A stretch of 64,000 bases of DNA from an uncultured Actinomycetota bacterium (GTDB taxonomy: Bacteria; Actinomycetota; Actinomycetes; JAFAQI01). Location of the stretch: positions 448,001 through 512,000 of the forward strand of contig CAVYQE010000001.1 of assembly GCA_963770565.1 (NCBI GenBank), given 5' to 3'. This document shows, piece by piece, positions 47,102 to 58,026 of this stretch. The notes below the pieces were generated by a model that had not been told where the DNA came from, made no database searches, and saw nothing but the letters and a program-made list of their open reading frames with translations. Position 1 is the first letter of the stretch, and each line of letters opens with the position of its first letter. The position numbers were made by a program, and so were the translations under genes.

Positions 47102-48133
47102 GTGAAGGCATTGGTCAAGGCAGCGGCCGAGCCCGGCTTGGTGTGGTCGGACGTGCCGGTCCCCGGGGTCGGCCGTGACGACGTACTGATCAAAGTGCTT
47201 CGCACCGGCGTCTGCGGGACGGACCTGCACATCTACTCCTGGGATCCCTGGGCGCAGTCGCATGTCCCTGTCCCGCTCGTGGTCGGCCACGAGTTCGTCG
47301 GCGTCATCGCCGAGATCGGCAACGACGTGCACGACCTTGCCGTCGGCGACTTGGTCAGCGGCGAGGGGCACCTGGTGTGCGGACGCTGCCGCAACTGCAT
47401 GGCCGGACGTCGGGTGGAATGCGCGCGGACCAAAGCTGTCGGCGTCAACCACCCCGGTTGCTTCGCCGAGTACATCGCGCTACCAGCGACCAATGTCTGG
47501 CGGCACCACGACGACATCGACCTCGACGTCGCGGCGATCTTCGACCCGTTCGGCAACGCGGTGCACACCGCGCTCGCCTTTCCGGTGCTCGGGGAGGACG
47601 TGCTCATCACCGGAGCCGGACCGATCGGCGTCATGGCCGCGCTCGTCGCCCGCCACGCCGGTGCGCGATTCGTTGTCATCACCGACGTCTCGGACTACCG
47701 CCTCGATCTGGCCCGGCGGCTCGGGGTGAGCCGAGCTGTCGACGTGCGCACCGAAACGCTGGACACGACGATGCGTTCCCTCGGCATGACCGAAGGGTTC
47801 GATGTCGGTCTGGAGATGTCCGGGCGCCCGGAGGCGTTGCGCTCGATGCTGGCGAGCATGCGCCACGGCGGGTCGATCGCCATGCTCGGCCTGCCCACCG
47901 AAGACTTCGGCATCGACTGGAACTATCTCGTCCTCAACATGATCACCATTCGCGGCATATATGGCCGGCGCATGTTCGAGACGTGGTACGAGATGGGCGT
48001 CCTCATCCAGTCCGGCCTCGACATCTCCCCCGTCATCACCCACCGGTTCGCGGCCGCCGATTTCGAGGCGGCTTTCAGCGTTGTCGGCGGTGGGCAGTGC
48101 GGCAAAGTCATCCTCGAATGGGGCGACCGCTGA
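47102..48133 (+). CDS. tdh: L-threonine 3-dehydrogenase
   Basis: [20 protein letters not shown]...[29 protein letters not shown]. Confidence 0.95.
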   Translation: MKALVKAAAEPGLVWSDVPVPGVGRDDVLIKVLRTGVCGTDLHIYSWDPWAQSHVPVPLVVGHEFVGVIAEIGNDVHDLAVGDLVSGEGHLVCGRCRNCMAGRRVECARTKAVGVNHPGCFAEYIALPATNVWRHHDDIDLDVAAIFDPFGNAVHTALAFPVLGEDVLITGAGPIGVMAALVARHAGARFVVITDVSDYRLDLARRLGVSRAVDVRTETLDTTMRSLGMTEGFDVGLEMSGRPEALRSMLASMRHGGSIAMLGLPTEDFGIDWNYLVLNMITIRGIYGRRMFETWYEMGVLIQSGLDISPVITHRFAAADFEAAFSVVGGGQCGKVILEWGDR

Positions 48134-48145
48134 CAGGAGGCTCAC

Positions 48146-49327
<1,182 letters not shown>

Positions 49328-49460
49328 TGCTCGGCTGGACCTGAGCAGCTGGTGACCAGTTACCGCCCGGTAGGTGACCTTGGTCTCTAGGATCGAGCAC
49401 CGGCGATGCGGGATCTTCGGGGATGGTCGGCTGGCGACCGCTGGTGATGGAGGCGATGCG

Positions 49461-51101
49461 GTGCCTGCGATGAGCGTGTCCCCGACCCTGCGCCCGATCG
49501 AGGCGGTCGCCTCCGACCTGGGGCTGTCCGCCGATGACATCAGCGTGCACGGGCACTACCGCGCAAGGGTGCATCTCGACCTCCCGCAATCGGATCGACG
49601 CGGCCGCTATGTGCTGCTCACCGCGTCCACGCCGACCGCATCGGGCAGTGGCAAGACCGTGTCGGCGATCGGACTCGGCATGGGCTTGCGGCAGCTCGGT
49701 CACCGCAGCGTCGTGACACTTCGGGAGTCGGCCGTCGGGCCCACCTTCGGGATGAAGGGCGGCGGGGCGGGTGGTGGAGCTGCGCAAGTGTTGCCGCTCG
49801 AGGAGTGCCTGCTACGACTCACCGACACTCCGGCAGTCACCGCAGCCCACAACTTGCTGGCGGCCGTCGTCGATGACGCACTGCACCGCGGCACCGGCAT
49901 CGACCCGGCTGCCATCACCTGGCGGCGGGTCCTCGATGTCGATGACCGCGCCCTGCGGCACATCGTGGTCGGGCTCGGCGGAGCGGCCAACGGGCCGTCG
50001 CGCGAGACCGGCTTCGACATCACCGCCTCCAGCGAGGTCATGGCTCTGCTCGCGCTCAGCCGCGATCCCGCCGACCTGCGCGACCGGCTCAACGCCCTCG
50101 TAGTCGGGTGGGACCGCGAGGGCAAGCCCGTCACGGCGGGCGGGCTGGGCGCCGCCGGGGCGATGGCCGTGTTGCTGAGCGACTCCCTTCAACCAAACCT
50201 CATGCAGAGCAGCGAGGGGACCCCGGTCGTCGTACACACCGGCCCGTTCGGCAACCTGGCCGCCGGCAACTCGTCAGTCATTGGCGACCGATTGCTGTTG
50301 CCGAGAACCGACTACCTCGTCACGGAGGCCGGCTTCGCCGCAGACCTCGGCGCGGAGAAGTTCTTCGACATCAAGTGCCGCGCGTCCGGACTCGAGCCGG
50401 ACGCGGTCGTCCTCGTCACGAACGTCCCGTCGTTGCGCGCGCACGGAGGTGGCGAGCCACGCGAACCCGACGTAGCCGCAGTCGCGGCCGGCTGTGCGAA
50501 CCTGCGCCATCACGTGCGGGTGTTGCTCCGCTACGGCCGCCCGGTGGTCGTCGCGATCAACACCTTCCCCGATGACCAGCCCGATGAGACCGCTGTCGTG
50601 GTGGAGGCCGCGCTCGGCGCCGGCGCCGTTGCCGCCGTACCTCATCACGCTTTCACCCGAGGCGGTGCCGGTTGCGAGGACCTCGCTGCCGCCGTTGTCG
50701 GCGCGTGCGACGACGCACCCACGACGCCGATCACTCCCGTCTACGCCCTTGAGGCGAGCTATGAGGACAAGGTGCACGCCATCGCGACGGGGGTGTACGG
50801 CGCTGCTGATGTGGCGTGGTCTGCGAGCGCGCGGCGCGACCTCTCCCGGTTCGTCAATGCCGGGTACAACGGCCTGCCGGTATGCATGGCCAAGACACCG
50901 CTGTCCCTTTCGCACGACCCGACGCTGCTCGGCGCGCCAACCGGGTTCACGCTGCCGGTGCAGAGCGTCCGGCTAGCCGCAGGTGCCGGCTATCTGACGG
51001 TGCTGACCGGCGACATTATGACGATGCCGGGGTTACCTGCGCACCCGCGCCTGCTCGACATGGACGTCGACGCCAGCGGCGCCATCGTCGGTTTGGTCTG
51101 A
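49461..51101 (+). CDS. fhs: Formate-tetrahydrofolate ligase, divergent
   Basis: G.GKT, GP.FGMKGG.AGGG, AAHNLLAA, GFDITASSEVMA, TEAGFAADLGAEKFFDIKCR, PVCMAKT, MTMPGLP. Confidence 0.88.
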   Translation: MPAMSVSPTLRPIEAVASDLGLSADDISVHGHYRARVHLDLPQSDRRGRYVLLTASTPTASGSGKTVSAIGLGMGLRQLGHRSVVTLRESAVGPTFGMKGGGAGGGAAQVLPLEECLLRLTDTPAVTAAHNLLAAVVDDALHRGTGIDPAAITWRRVLDVDDRALRHIVVGLGGAANGPSRETGFDITASSEVMALLALSRDPADLRDRLNALVVGWDREGKPVTAGGLGAAGAMAVLLSDSLQPNLMQSSEGTPVVVHTGPFGNLAAGNSSVIGDRLLLPRTDYLVTEAGFAADLGAEKFFDIKCRASGLEPDAVVLVTNVPSLRAHGGGEPREPDVAAVAAGCANLRHHVRVLLRYGRPVVVAINTFPDDQPDETAVVVEAALGAGAVAAVPHHAFTRGGAGCEDLAAAVVGACDDAPTTPITPVYALEASYEDKVHAIATGVYGAADVAWSASARRDLSRFVNAGYNGLPVCMAKTPLSLSHDPTLLGAPTGFTLPVQSVRLAAGAGYLTVLTGDIMTMPGLPAHPRLLDMDVDASGAIVGLV

Positions 51102-51139
51102 GCTGTTGGCGGGTCCAGCGCTCGGCTAGGCTCGACGAC

Positions 51140-51229
51140 GGTGGAGTGTCCGAGCGGTCGAAGGAGCACGCCTCGAAAGCGTGTGAGGGGGCAACTCCTC
51201 CGTGGGTTCAAATCCCACCTCCACCGCCA
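51140..51229 (+). tRNA. tRNA-Ser(CGA)
   Basis: GGTGGAG/CTCCACC acceptor stem, loop CTCGAAA, long variable arm, GGTTCAAATCC, encoded CCA. Confidence 0.95.
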
Positions 51230-51307
51230 AGTGCTCGGCCGCTGACCTGGGGTTTTGCGGCTGCGCGGCCTGAAGGCGTCTTCAGTTGCGGTCCCTACAC
51301 TCCGAGC

Positions 51308-52918
51308 GTGGCGGTCCTGACGCGCGCCGGCCCATTGGGTCGCGACAACGCACCTGAAGTAGCTGGCGCAGCCGCTTCGCTGATCGTCGCGATCGTGTTG
51401 TTCACGCGATTCTCGCTGGCTGACTCGCTGGGCCGCGACGAGGCGATCTACGCGTACGGCGGGCAACGGATGGCGCACGGGGTCCCGCCCTACACCAGCA
51501 TCTTCGACCCGAAGACCCCGATGGCGACGCTGGTGTCGGGGGTCGCTGCGGGCCTCGCGCGACTGACCGGACGTAACGAGCTGGCCGCCATCCGGCTCGC
51601 TTTCTTCCTGATCGCCCTGCTGATGGTCCTGGCGATCTACGTGCTCGCCCTGCGGCTCTGGCACTCGGTTGCCGGCGCCGTGATCGGCGCGGTCGTGTTC
51701 GCGAGCTTCAACCTCATCGCCAGCGATGCTCTCGGCGGTCCGGACGCCAAGGCGCCGGGCATCCTCGCCGCGATCCTCACGATGTGGCTGGTCATTGAGC
51801 GACGCTGGTTCTGGGCGGCGTTCGCCGGCGCGGCCGCGTTCCTGAGCTGGCAGCCGTTGGTCATCTACCCGGTCATGGTCGGTGTGATCGTTCTGGTCGA
51901 GGCGATCAAGAAGCGGGAGTGGCGGACATTCGCGAACATGCTGGCCGGCACGGCGTTGCCGTTCGTCGTAGTGACGATCTACTTCGCGGCCACCCAGGGG
52001 CTCGGCAACTTCTGGGTGTCGGCCTTCGAGTTTCCGGCGACCGGGATCGTTCGCCCGCCGTACGTCTTCAGCGCCCACATGCGGCGCATCTTCGACACCG
52101 TCACCGATGCGTACGGATTCAGCGGGGCGCTGCTGTGGGCAGGTGACCTGATCCTGCTGGGGCTGATCGTCACTTACCTGATTCGCCACCGTGACAACCT
52201 GCGTGGCGCGGTCCGTAACCCGCTGGTCTGCATCGTTCTGGTCACGATGCTGGCCGAGTTGGGCTACGCGATCTATGACTTCGAGGGTCCACCCGACGTC
52301 TACCCGTTCCTGGCGTATCCGCCGCTCGGGTTCGCCGGGCTCACGGCGCTCGCGGTCAGATCGGTCGCCTCGACCACGCGCCGCCGGGTGGCGACCGGGT
52401 CGGCGCTCACCGCGGCGGCGGTTCTTGCCGGCTTCTCCTTCGTGTGGTTCAAGGACAGCCCGATCCACGACGGCGGTCTGCGCGCCCAGCAGGCCGACGC
52501 CTGTGCCGTCGACCGAATCCTCGGCGCCGGATCGGGCTTGTACTCGGTCGGCGATCCGATCCCGCTCGTCATGACCCAGCGAGTGAACCCCGATCGATTC
52601 ATCTACCTGCTCGAGAGCGTCGACCGGTGGAAGATCGACCACACGCCGGGCGGGTTTGCGGGATGGACCCGCCAGATCCAGGCCGCCGATCCTTCTGTGC
52701 TCATTGTCGAGAAGTTCCCGAGCCGGTACCAGGACGAGATGAGGGCCTGGGCCAAGTCCGATGGATACCAAGCGCGCTTCGCGGGTCACTGGCACCTGTT
52801 CCTGCGGCCCGCGACGGTCCGGCAGGCGGCGCAGCGCGGAGTGGCACTGACCGCAGGTCCGACGGCGTACGCCACCGGGGTCGACGGTCGGGAACTGCCG
52901 ATCGGCGGATGCCAATGA
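51308..52918 (+). CDS. GT-C fold (PMT-like) integral membrane glycosyltransferase
   Basis: RDEAIYAY.G...G..PY...FDPK.P after the first TM, ~11 TMs; TACACT-N6-GTG start. Confidence 0.75.
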   Translation: MAVLTRAGPLGRDNAPEVAGAAASLIVAIVLFTRFSLADSLGRDEAIYAYGGQRMAHGVPPYTSIFDPKTPMATLVSGVAAGLARLTGRNELAAIRLAFFLIALLMVLAIYVLALRLWHSVAGAVIGAVVFASFNLIASDALGGPDAKAPGILAAILTMWLVIERRWFWAAFAGAAAFLSWQPLVIYPVMVGVIVLVEAIKKREWRTFANMLAGTALPFVVVTIYFAATQGLGNFWVSAFEFPATGIVRPPYVFSAHMRRIFDTVTDAYGFSGALLWAGDLILLGLIVTYLIRHRDNLRGAVRNPLVCIVLVTMLAELGYAIYDFEGPPDVYPFLAYPPLGFAGLTALAVRSVASTTRRRVATGSALTAAAVLAGFSFVWFKDSPIHDGGLRAQQADACAVDRILGAGSGLYSVGDPIPLVMTQRVNPDRFIYLLESVDRWKIDHTPGGFAGWTRQIQAADPSVLIVEKFPSRYQDEMRAWAKSDGYQARFAGHWHLFLRPATVRQAAQRGVALTAGPTAYATGVDGRELPIGGCQ

Positions 52919-53015
52919 GCGAGCGGCTGCAGTCCGTCGGGTCAGGTACCGTCGTATCAAAGGCAGCGCCAGGGGGCGAGGCGTCCGCCCCGTCGACCCC
53001 CTGGACGGTAAGGCC

Positions 53016-54221
53016 ATGACCCGCCCCGCAGGCTTCTCTCACGACATCGTCGTCATCGGCGGCTGCGGCCGGGTGGGTCTCCCGCTCGCGATCGCATTCG
53101 CCGACCGCGGAGCCTCGGTCGTCATCTACGACATCAACGAGGCCGCAGTGGCCCTTGTCAACGACGCGACGCTGCCCTTCGACGAGCCCGGCGCGGACGA
53201 CGTCCTGAAGGCCGTCATCAACAGCGGCGCGTTGTGGGCATCGACCGACCCCGCGGTGGTGGGCTGGGCCGAGAACGTCGTCGTGGTCATCGGCACTCCG
53301 GTGGACGAGCATCTCAATCCGGACCCGCAGGCTTTGCCGCGCGCCCTCGACGTGGCCGGTCAATGCCTTCGCGACGGGCAGCTGCTCGTGCTTCGAAGCA
53401 CGGTGTTTCCCGGAGTGACCGCGCTGATCGAACGGCTGATCCACCAACGCGGACTGGCCATCGACGTCTCGTTCTGCCCGGAACGGATCGCCGAGGGCCG
53501 GGCCATGACCGAGCTCTACGACCTGCCGCAGATCGTGTCCGGCAGCGACCAGATCAGCCGTGACCGGGCAGCCGCGTTGTTCCGGCGCCTCACTGACGAG
53601 ATCGTCGAACTCGAGCCCGAGGAGGCCGAGCTGGCGAAGCTGTTCACGAACGCCTGGCGCTACATCAAGTTCGCGGCCGTCAACCAGCTCTTCATGATCG
53701 CGGACAATCGCGGACTGGACTTCGAACGCATTCGAATTGCGCTCGTTCACGACTACCCGCGGGCTGCTGACATGCCATCGGCCGGTTTCGCGGCCGGGCC
53801 GTGCCTCTTCAAGGACACGATGCAGCTCGCCGCCTTCAACGACAACGACTTCGCCCTCGGCCACGCTGCCATGCTCGTCAACGAAGGTCTCCCGCTGCAT
53901 GTCGTGAGCCGCCTCGCCGAGCAGTACGACCTGTCCACGCTGACGGTCGGGATTCTCGGTGCGGCGTTCAAGGCCGGCTCCGACGACATCCGGTCGAGCC
54001 TGGCCTACAAGCTCAAGCGCATCCTGACCTTCAAGGCGCGGCGCGTGCTGATGACCGATCCCTACGTCACCGTCGACCCGGATCTTGTTCCGCTCGGGCA
54101 GGTGCTCGACGAGTCCGATGTGCTGATCGTCGCGAGCCCGCACCCCGAGTACGCCGGCATTGTGACCGACAAACCGGTCGCCGACGTGTGGAACATCCTC
54201 GGCCGGGACGCCCGCACATGA
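53016..54221 (+). CDS. Nucleotide-sugar dehydrogenase (UDP-glucose/GDP-mannose DH family)
   Basis: GGCGRVGLP, IGTP, LRSTV.PG, CPERI.EG, AELAKLFTN, GPCL.KD, FK..SDD.R.S. Confidence 0.9.
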   Translation: MTRPAGFSHDIVVIGGCGRVGLPLAIAFADRGASVVIYDINEAAVALVNDATLPFDEPGADDVLKAVINSGALWASTDPAVVGWAENVVVVIGTPVDEHLNPDPQALPRALDVAGQCLRDGQLLVLRSTVFPGVTALIERLIHQRGLAIDVSFCPERIAEGRAMTELYDLPQIVSGSDQISRDRAAALFRRLTDEIVELEPEEAELAKLFTNAWRYIKFAAVNQLFMIADNRGLDFERIRIALVHDYPRAADMPSAGFAAGPCLFKDTMQLAAFNDNDFALGHAAMLVNEGLPLHVVSRLAEQYDLSTLTVGILGAAFKAGSDDIRSSLAYKLKRILTFKARRVLMTDPYVTVDPDLVPLGQVLDESDVLIVASPHPEYAGIVTDKPVADVWNILGRDART

Positions 54222-55000
54222 TGTTGATCGAGCCCCGGGTCGCGGTGGTCATCCCGGCGTACAACGAGGGTGCGGCCATCGTGCCGGTGCTGGACCGGCT
54301 GATCGAGTTCGTCACCACGCCGTGCGAGGTCCTGGTCGTCGTCGACTTCCCCGAAGACACCACGGTCCCGGTGGTCGAGGCGTATGCGGCCGACAAGCAG
54401 CCGAGCATCCGGGCGGTGGTCAACGACTTCGGGCCCGGGCCGGCCAACGCGATCCGCTTCGGCATGCAAGCCGCCCGCGCGCCCGTCGTGGTCGTCACGA
54501 TGGCCGACGGGTGCGACGACCTGCAGCAGATCGATGTCCTGACCCGGCTGGTCGAGCGGGGAGTGGTGATCGCCGCCGCCTCGCGCTACATGCCGGGAGG
54601 GCAGCAGGTCGGCGGGCCACTGCTCAAGAAGTGGCTGTCCTCCGGCGCCGGCCGGTCGCTGTTCTGGTTCGCCCGGGTCGGCACTCGGGATGCGACGAAC
54701 TCGTTCAAGGCATACAGCAAGGCCTTCATCGACGACGTCGGCATCGACAGCCGCGACGGGTTCGAGATCGGTTTGGAACTGACCGCCAAGGCCCGTCGCC
54801 TGCGCTTGCCGGTGGCGGAGATCCCCACCATCTGGCTGGACCGGGAGGCCGGCGTGTCACGCTTCAGGCTGGCCAGATGGCTTCCCAAGTACCTTCGGTG
54901 GTATCGCTTTGCCTATGGCCCGAAGCTGGACCTGCCGGCGCTCGAAGCGCACCTCCCTGAGGCGGCCAAATCGCCGTCGACCGAGGGAGTCATGACGTGA
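54218..55000 (+). CDS. GT2 polyprenol-phosphate glycosyltransferase (DPM1-like)
   Basis: VVIPAYNEG, D..EDTT, MADGCDD, ASRYMPGG, DATNSFKAY. Confidence 0.88.
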   Translation: MMLIEPRVAVVIPAYNEGAAIVPVLDRLIEFVTTPCEVLVVVDFPEDTTVPVVEAYAADKQPSIRAVVNDFGPGPANAIRFGMQAARAPVVVVTMADGCDDLQQIDVLTRLVERGVVIAAASRYMPGGQQVGGPLLKKWLSSGAGRSLFWFARVGTRDATNSFKAYSKAFIDDVGIDSRDGFEIGLELTAKARRLRLPVAEIPTIWLDREAGVSRFRLARWLPKYLRWYRFAYGPKLDLPALEAHLPEAAKSPSTEGVMT

Positions 55001-56019
55001 GGACCCTGGTCAGCGGTTCGGCGGGGTTCATCGGCGGTTACGTCGTCGATGAGCTGCTCAAGCGCGGCCACGACGTGGTGGGGGTGGACAACCTCTCGAA
55101 GTACGGCAAGGTGGCGAAGTCCTACGACGACCACCCGCGCTACACCCTGGTGCTGGGCGATGCTCGCGACACCGACCTGATGTCGGACCTGCTTGCCGAC
55201 TGCGACCACTTCATCGCCGGTGCGGCCCTGATCGGCGGCATCTCGTACTTTCATGCCTACGCCTACGACCTGATCGCGGCCAACGAGCGGATCATCGCCG
55301 CCTCTTGTGACGCGGCGATCAAGGCACACGGTGCGGGCCGACTGCAGAAGGTGACGTACCTGAGCTCGTCGATGGTCTTCGAGTCGACGACGCACTGGCC
55401 GTCGACCGAGGGGGACGAGCTCAAGGTCCCGCCGCCGCTGTCGTCGTACGGCTTCCAGAAGCTCGCGGTCGAGTACTTCGCCCGGGCCGCGTGGGATCAG
55501 TACTCGCTGCCGTACACGATCATCCGGCCGTTCAACTGTGTCGGAACCGGCGAGGGCCGCGCCCTCGGCGACGTGGAGATCGAGTCCGGCAACGTCAAGC
55601 TCGCGATGAGCCACGTCGTCCCCGACCTGGTGCAGAAGGTGCTCAAGGGCCAGGACCCGCTCCACCTCCTGGGCACCGGTGAGCAGGTGCGCCACTACAC
55701 CTACGGCGGCGACCTCGCGCGGGGAATCGTCGATGCCGTCGAAAGTGACGCGGCCCGCAATGACGACTTCAACCTGTCCACCGCTGAGTCGACGACGGTG
55801 CTCGAACTCGCTGAGCTGATCTGGACGAAGATCAAGGGACCGGACGTCGCGTTCAACTACGTCCTGGACCCCGGGTACGAACACGACGTTCAGCGGCGGG
55901 TCCCGAACACCGAGAAAGCCGAACGGGTCCTGGGCTTCACGGCGACTACGAGCCTGTCGGAGATGCTCGACGAAGTGATCCCGTGGATCGCTAAGGCAAT
56001 CGAGAACGGCACCATCTGA
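54997..56019 (+). CDS. NAD-dependent epimerase/dehydratase
   Basis: SGSAGFIG, LSSSMV, YGFQK, RPFNC.G. Confidence 0.9.
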   Translation: MRTLVSGSAGFIGGYVVDELLKRGHDVVGVDNLSKYGKVAKSYDDHPRYTLVLGDARDTDLMSDLLADCDHFIAGAALIGGISYFHAYAYDLIAANERIIAASCDAAIKAHGAGRLQKVTYLSSSMVFESTTHWPSTEGDELKVPPPLSSYGFQKLAVEYFARAAWDQYSLPYTIIRPFNCVGTGEGRALGDVEIESGNVKLAMSHVVPDLVQKVLKGQDPLHLLGTGEQVRHYTYGGDLARGIVDAVESDAARNDDFNLSTAESTTVLELAELIWTKIKGPDVAFNYVLDPGYEHDVQRRVPNTEKAERVLGFTATTSLSEMLDEVIPWIAKAIENGTI

Positions 56020-56050
56020 CCGGGTTGGGCCGAGCGTGCGCGCCGTGTCC

Positions 56051-57427
56051 CTACAACGCAGGGAGCCGGGCGGAGTAGATCGAGTAGCCGTCGAGGTAGC
56101 GGGCGACCGTAGTGGCGATCACGGTCGCGACGATCATTGCCACGACGAGCGAGTTGGTGGTGTTAGTGAGTTCGAGCATCAGCACCAGTCCGGCAAGTGG
56201 TGCCTGCAAACCCGCGCCCAACATGGCCGCGGCGCCGACGACGGCATAGGCCCCGATCGGTGCTCCGGACCACAGGTGGGTCCAGGCAAGGCCGAGGAAG
56301 CCACCGAGGACCGCGCCGATGCTCAGAGTCGGCGTGAAGAGCCCTCCGGTCGCGCCGCTTCCGATACACGCCGCGGTCGCCAGCGGCTTGAGCGCGGAGA
56401 GTGCGAGGAGCAGACCCGTCGACCCCACGCCGAGGAACGCCGGCCCGGCCATATCGGCGCCGTTGCCCAGCAGCTGTGGGTAGTGCAGTCCGACCAGGCC
56501 GACGAGGGTGAAGGCGATCAACGGGCCGACCGCCATTCGCCAGCCGGTCGGCCGGTGTGCGGACACCCAACCGATCAGCCGAACGTGACACACGCTGAGC
56601 GCTCCGATCAGCACCCCGGCCGGCAGGGTCCAGACCAGCAGCGCCGCGTCGAGGTGGTAAACGGGAACCAGCGTGTACGTCGGCCGGTTTGGCAGCACCA
56701 GCCAGGACGTCACAGTCGCGATGACCGAGCAGGCGAGAGCCGGTAGCACCACGGCGAGCGCCAGGCTGCCGTACAAGACCTCGGCCGCGAGCAATGCGCC
56801 GCCGAGCGGCACGTTGTAGATCGCGCCCATGCCCGCGCCGCCGCCGCAGGCGACCAGCAGTCGCCGCTGCTCCGGAGTCAGTCCCGCCCAGCCGGCCAGG
56901 GCACTTCCGGACGCCGCACCCACCAGTTTCGGCGCGGCCTCGAGGCCCATCGACGCCCCGCAGCCAACTGCGATCTCGGAGAGGACACCGGAGGCAAAGC
57001 TGCGCCGTAGCGACAATTGCGCGTGCCCGGCCCACAGCGCGTCGTCGAGGTCCGAGCTGTGCGAGGACATGACCCGGCGCAGGACGTACCAACCGATCCC
57101 GGTGACAAGACCACCGACCGCAAGCGCGAGCACGCGCCTCGATCCGGCTGCCTCGGCGACGCCGGCAGCGAAGGTCCCGTGGTCGAAGCCGAAGGCCACG
57201 TGCTCCACCAGGGTGAGCACCTCGTGCATCACGATGCCGAGCAGGCCCGTGACGACGCCGGTGACGCAGGTCAGCAGCCACGTCATCGGTGTCAGCTGTG
57301 CGTCCTCGTCGCCGGTGGCATTCGGCTGTTCGGTCGCGCCACGGCCTGACGGCAGTCGCCTGCGCAGCAAGGGAGGCGGGTTCCGGACCCGGTCGAAGCC
57401 CGGTTTCGACGCGTCCTCGCGACTCAC
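56051..57427 (-). CDS. ClC-family chloride channel/transporter without CBS domains
   Basis: GASMGLEAAP, GAGMGAIYNVPLGG, GGLFTP, QAPL, SIY. Confidence 0.85.
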   Translation of the reverse strand: MSREDASKPGFDRVRNPPPLLRRRLPSGRGATEQPNATGDEDAQLTPMTWLLTCVTGVVTGLLGIVMHEVLTLVEHVAFGFDHGTFAAGVAEAAGSRRVLALAVGGLVTGIGWYVLRRVMSSHSSDLDDALWAGHAQLSLRRSFASGVLSEIAVGCGASMGLEAAPKLVGAASGSALAGWAGLTPEQRRLLVACGGGAGMGAIYNVPLGGALLAAEVLYGSLALAVVLPALACSVIATVTSWLVLPNRPTYTLVPVYHLDAALLVWTLPAGVLIGALSVCHVRLIGWVSAHRPTGWRMAVGPLIAFTLVGLVGLHYPQLLGNGADMAGPAFLGVGSTGLLLALSALKPLATAACIGSGATGGLFTPTLSIGAVLGGFLGLAWTHLWSGAPIGAYAVVGAAAMLGAGLQAPLAGLVLMLELTNTTNSLVVAMIVATVIATTVARYLDGYSIYSARLPAL

Positions 57428-57442
57428 GGTCGGCTCGCAGTC

Positions 57443-57898
57443 CTAACTCGCGGCAGTGGCCGTAAGGATCTTCTCAATCGCGGCGTCCTGGGCCGCAAGG
57501 TGGGCCTGGATCTGTTTTGCCTCGGCGAGCACGGCGGCCGCGTCTTGGTACGTCGCCAGGGAACGGGCGTCCGCCGCGGCGGCCTGCACGTTCTGGCCGA
57601 CGATGATGATCGGCAGCAGGACCAGCTGGAGGAAGGTCTGCGCGATCCAGGCCACGATGATCAGCTTGTCCCCGCTGCTGAAGGCGGTCGGCGCGCTGAT
57701 GAGGGCGAGCAGGGTGAACACGTAGGCGCACCACATCGTGCCGACGATCACGGTGATGCGCAGCCCGATCTTCGCGTTCAGCCGGCCGAGCCGGCCCGGG
57801 CCATGGATCTCCTCGAGTGCCTTCGCAACGGTCGGTGGGCCGGCCGCCTTACGGGCCTCGATGTGTGGATGCGGAACGTATTGGAACAGCGATGACAT
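57443..57898 (-). CDS. Small membrane protein (DUF1003-like)
   Basis: IT..VGTMW..Y.F, FLQLVLLPIIIVGQN; two TMs and a coiled tail. Confidence 0.7.
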   Translation of the reverse strand: MSSLFQYVPHPHIEARKAAGPPTVAKALEEIHGPGRLGRLNAKIGLRITVIVGTMWCAYVFTLLALISAPTAFSSGDKLIIVAWIAQTFLQLVLLPIIIVGQNVQAAAADARSLATYQDAAAVLAEAKQIQAHLAAQDAAIEKILTATAAS

Positions 57899-58026
57899 GC
57901 CCTAAAGGTCCCACGAGACAACGCGATCACCGGCCATTGCCGAGCGCCGTCGCCTTGTCGCCGACCAGTGGTTTGCGGCCGGCACGGTGGCATCAAGGGT
58001 GAGCCGTCGTACGTCGATACAGAACG

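Noticed and set aside
49328-49460. ZTP or THF riboswitch upstream of fhs
   Set aside because: Could not find the ZTP consensus blocks (GACTGGCG...GGGAGCGAC...CGCCTGGGC) or a THF-like fold
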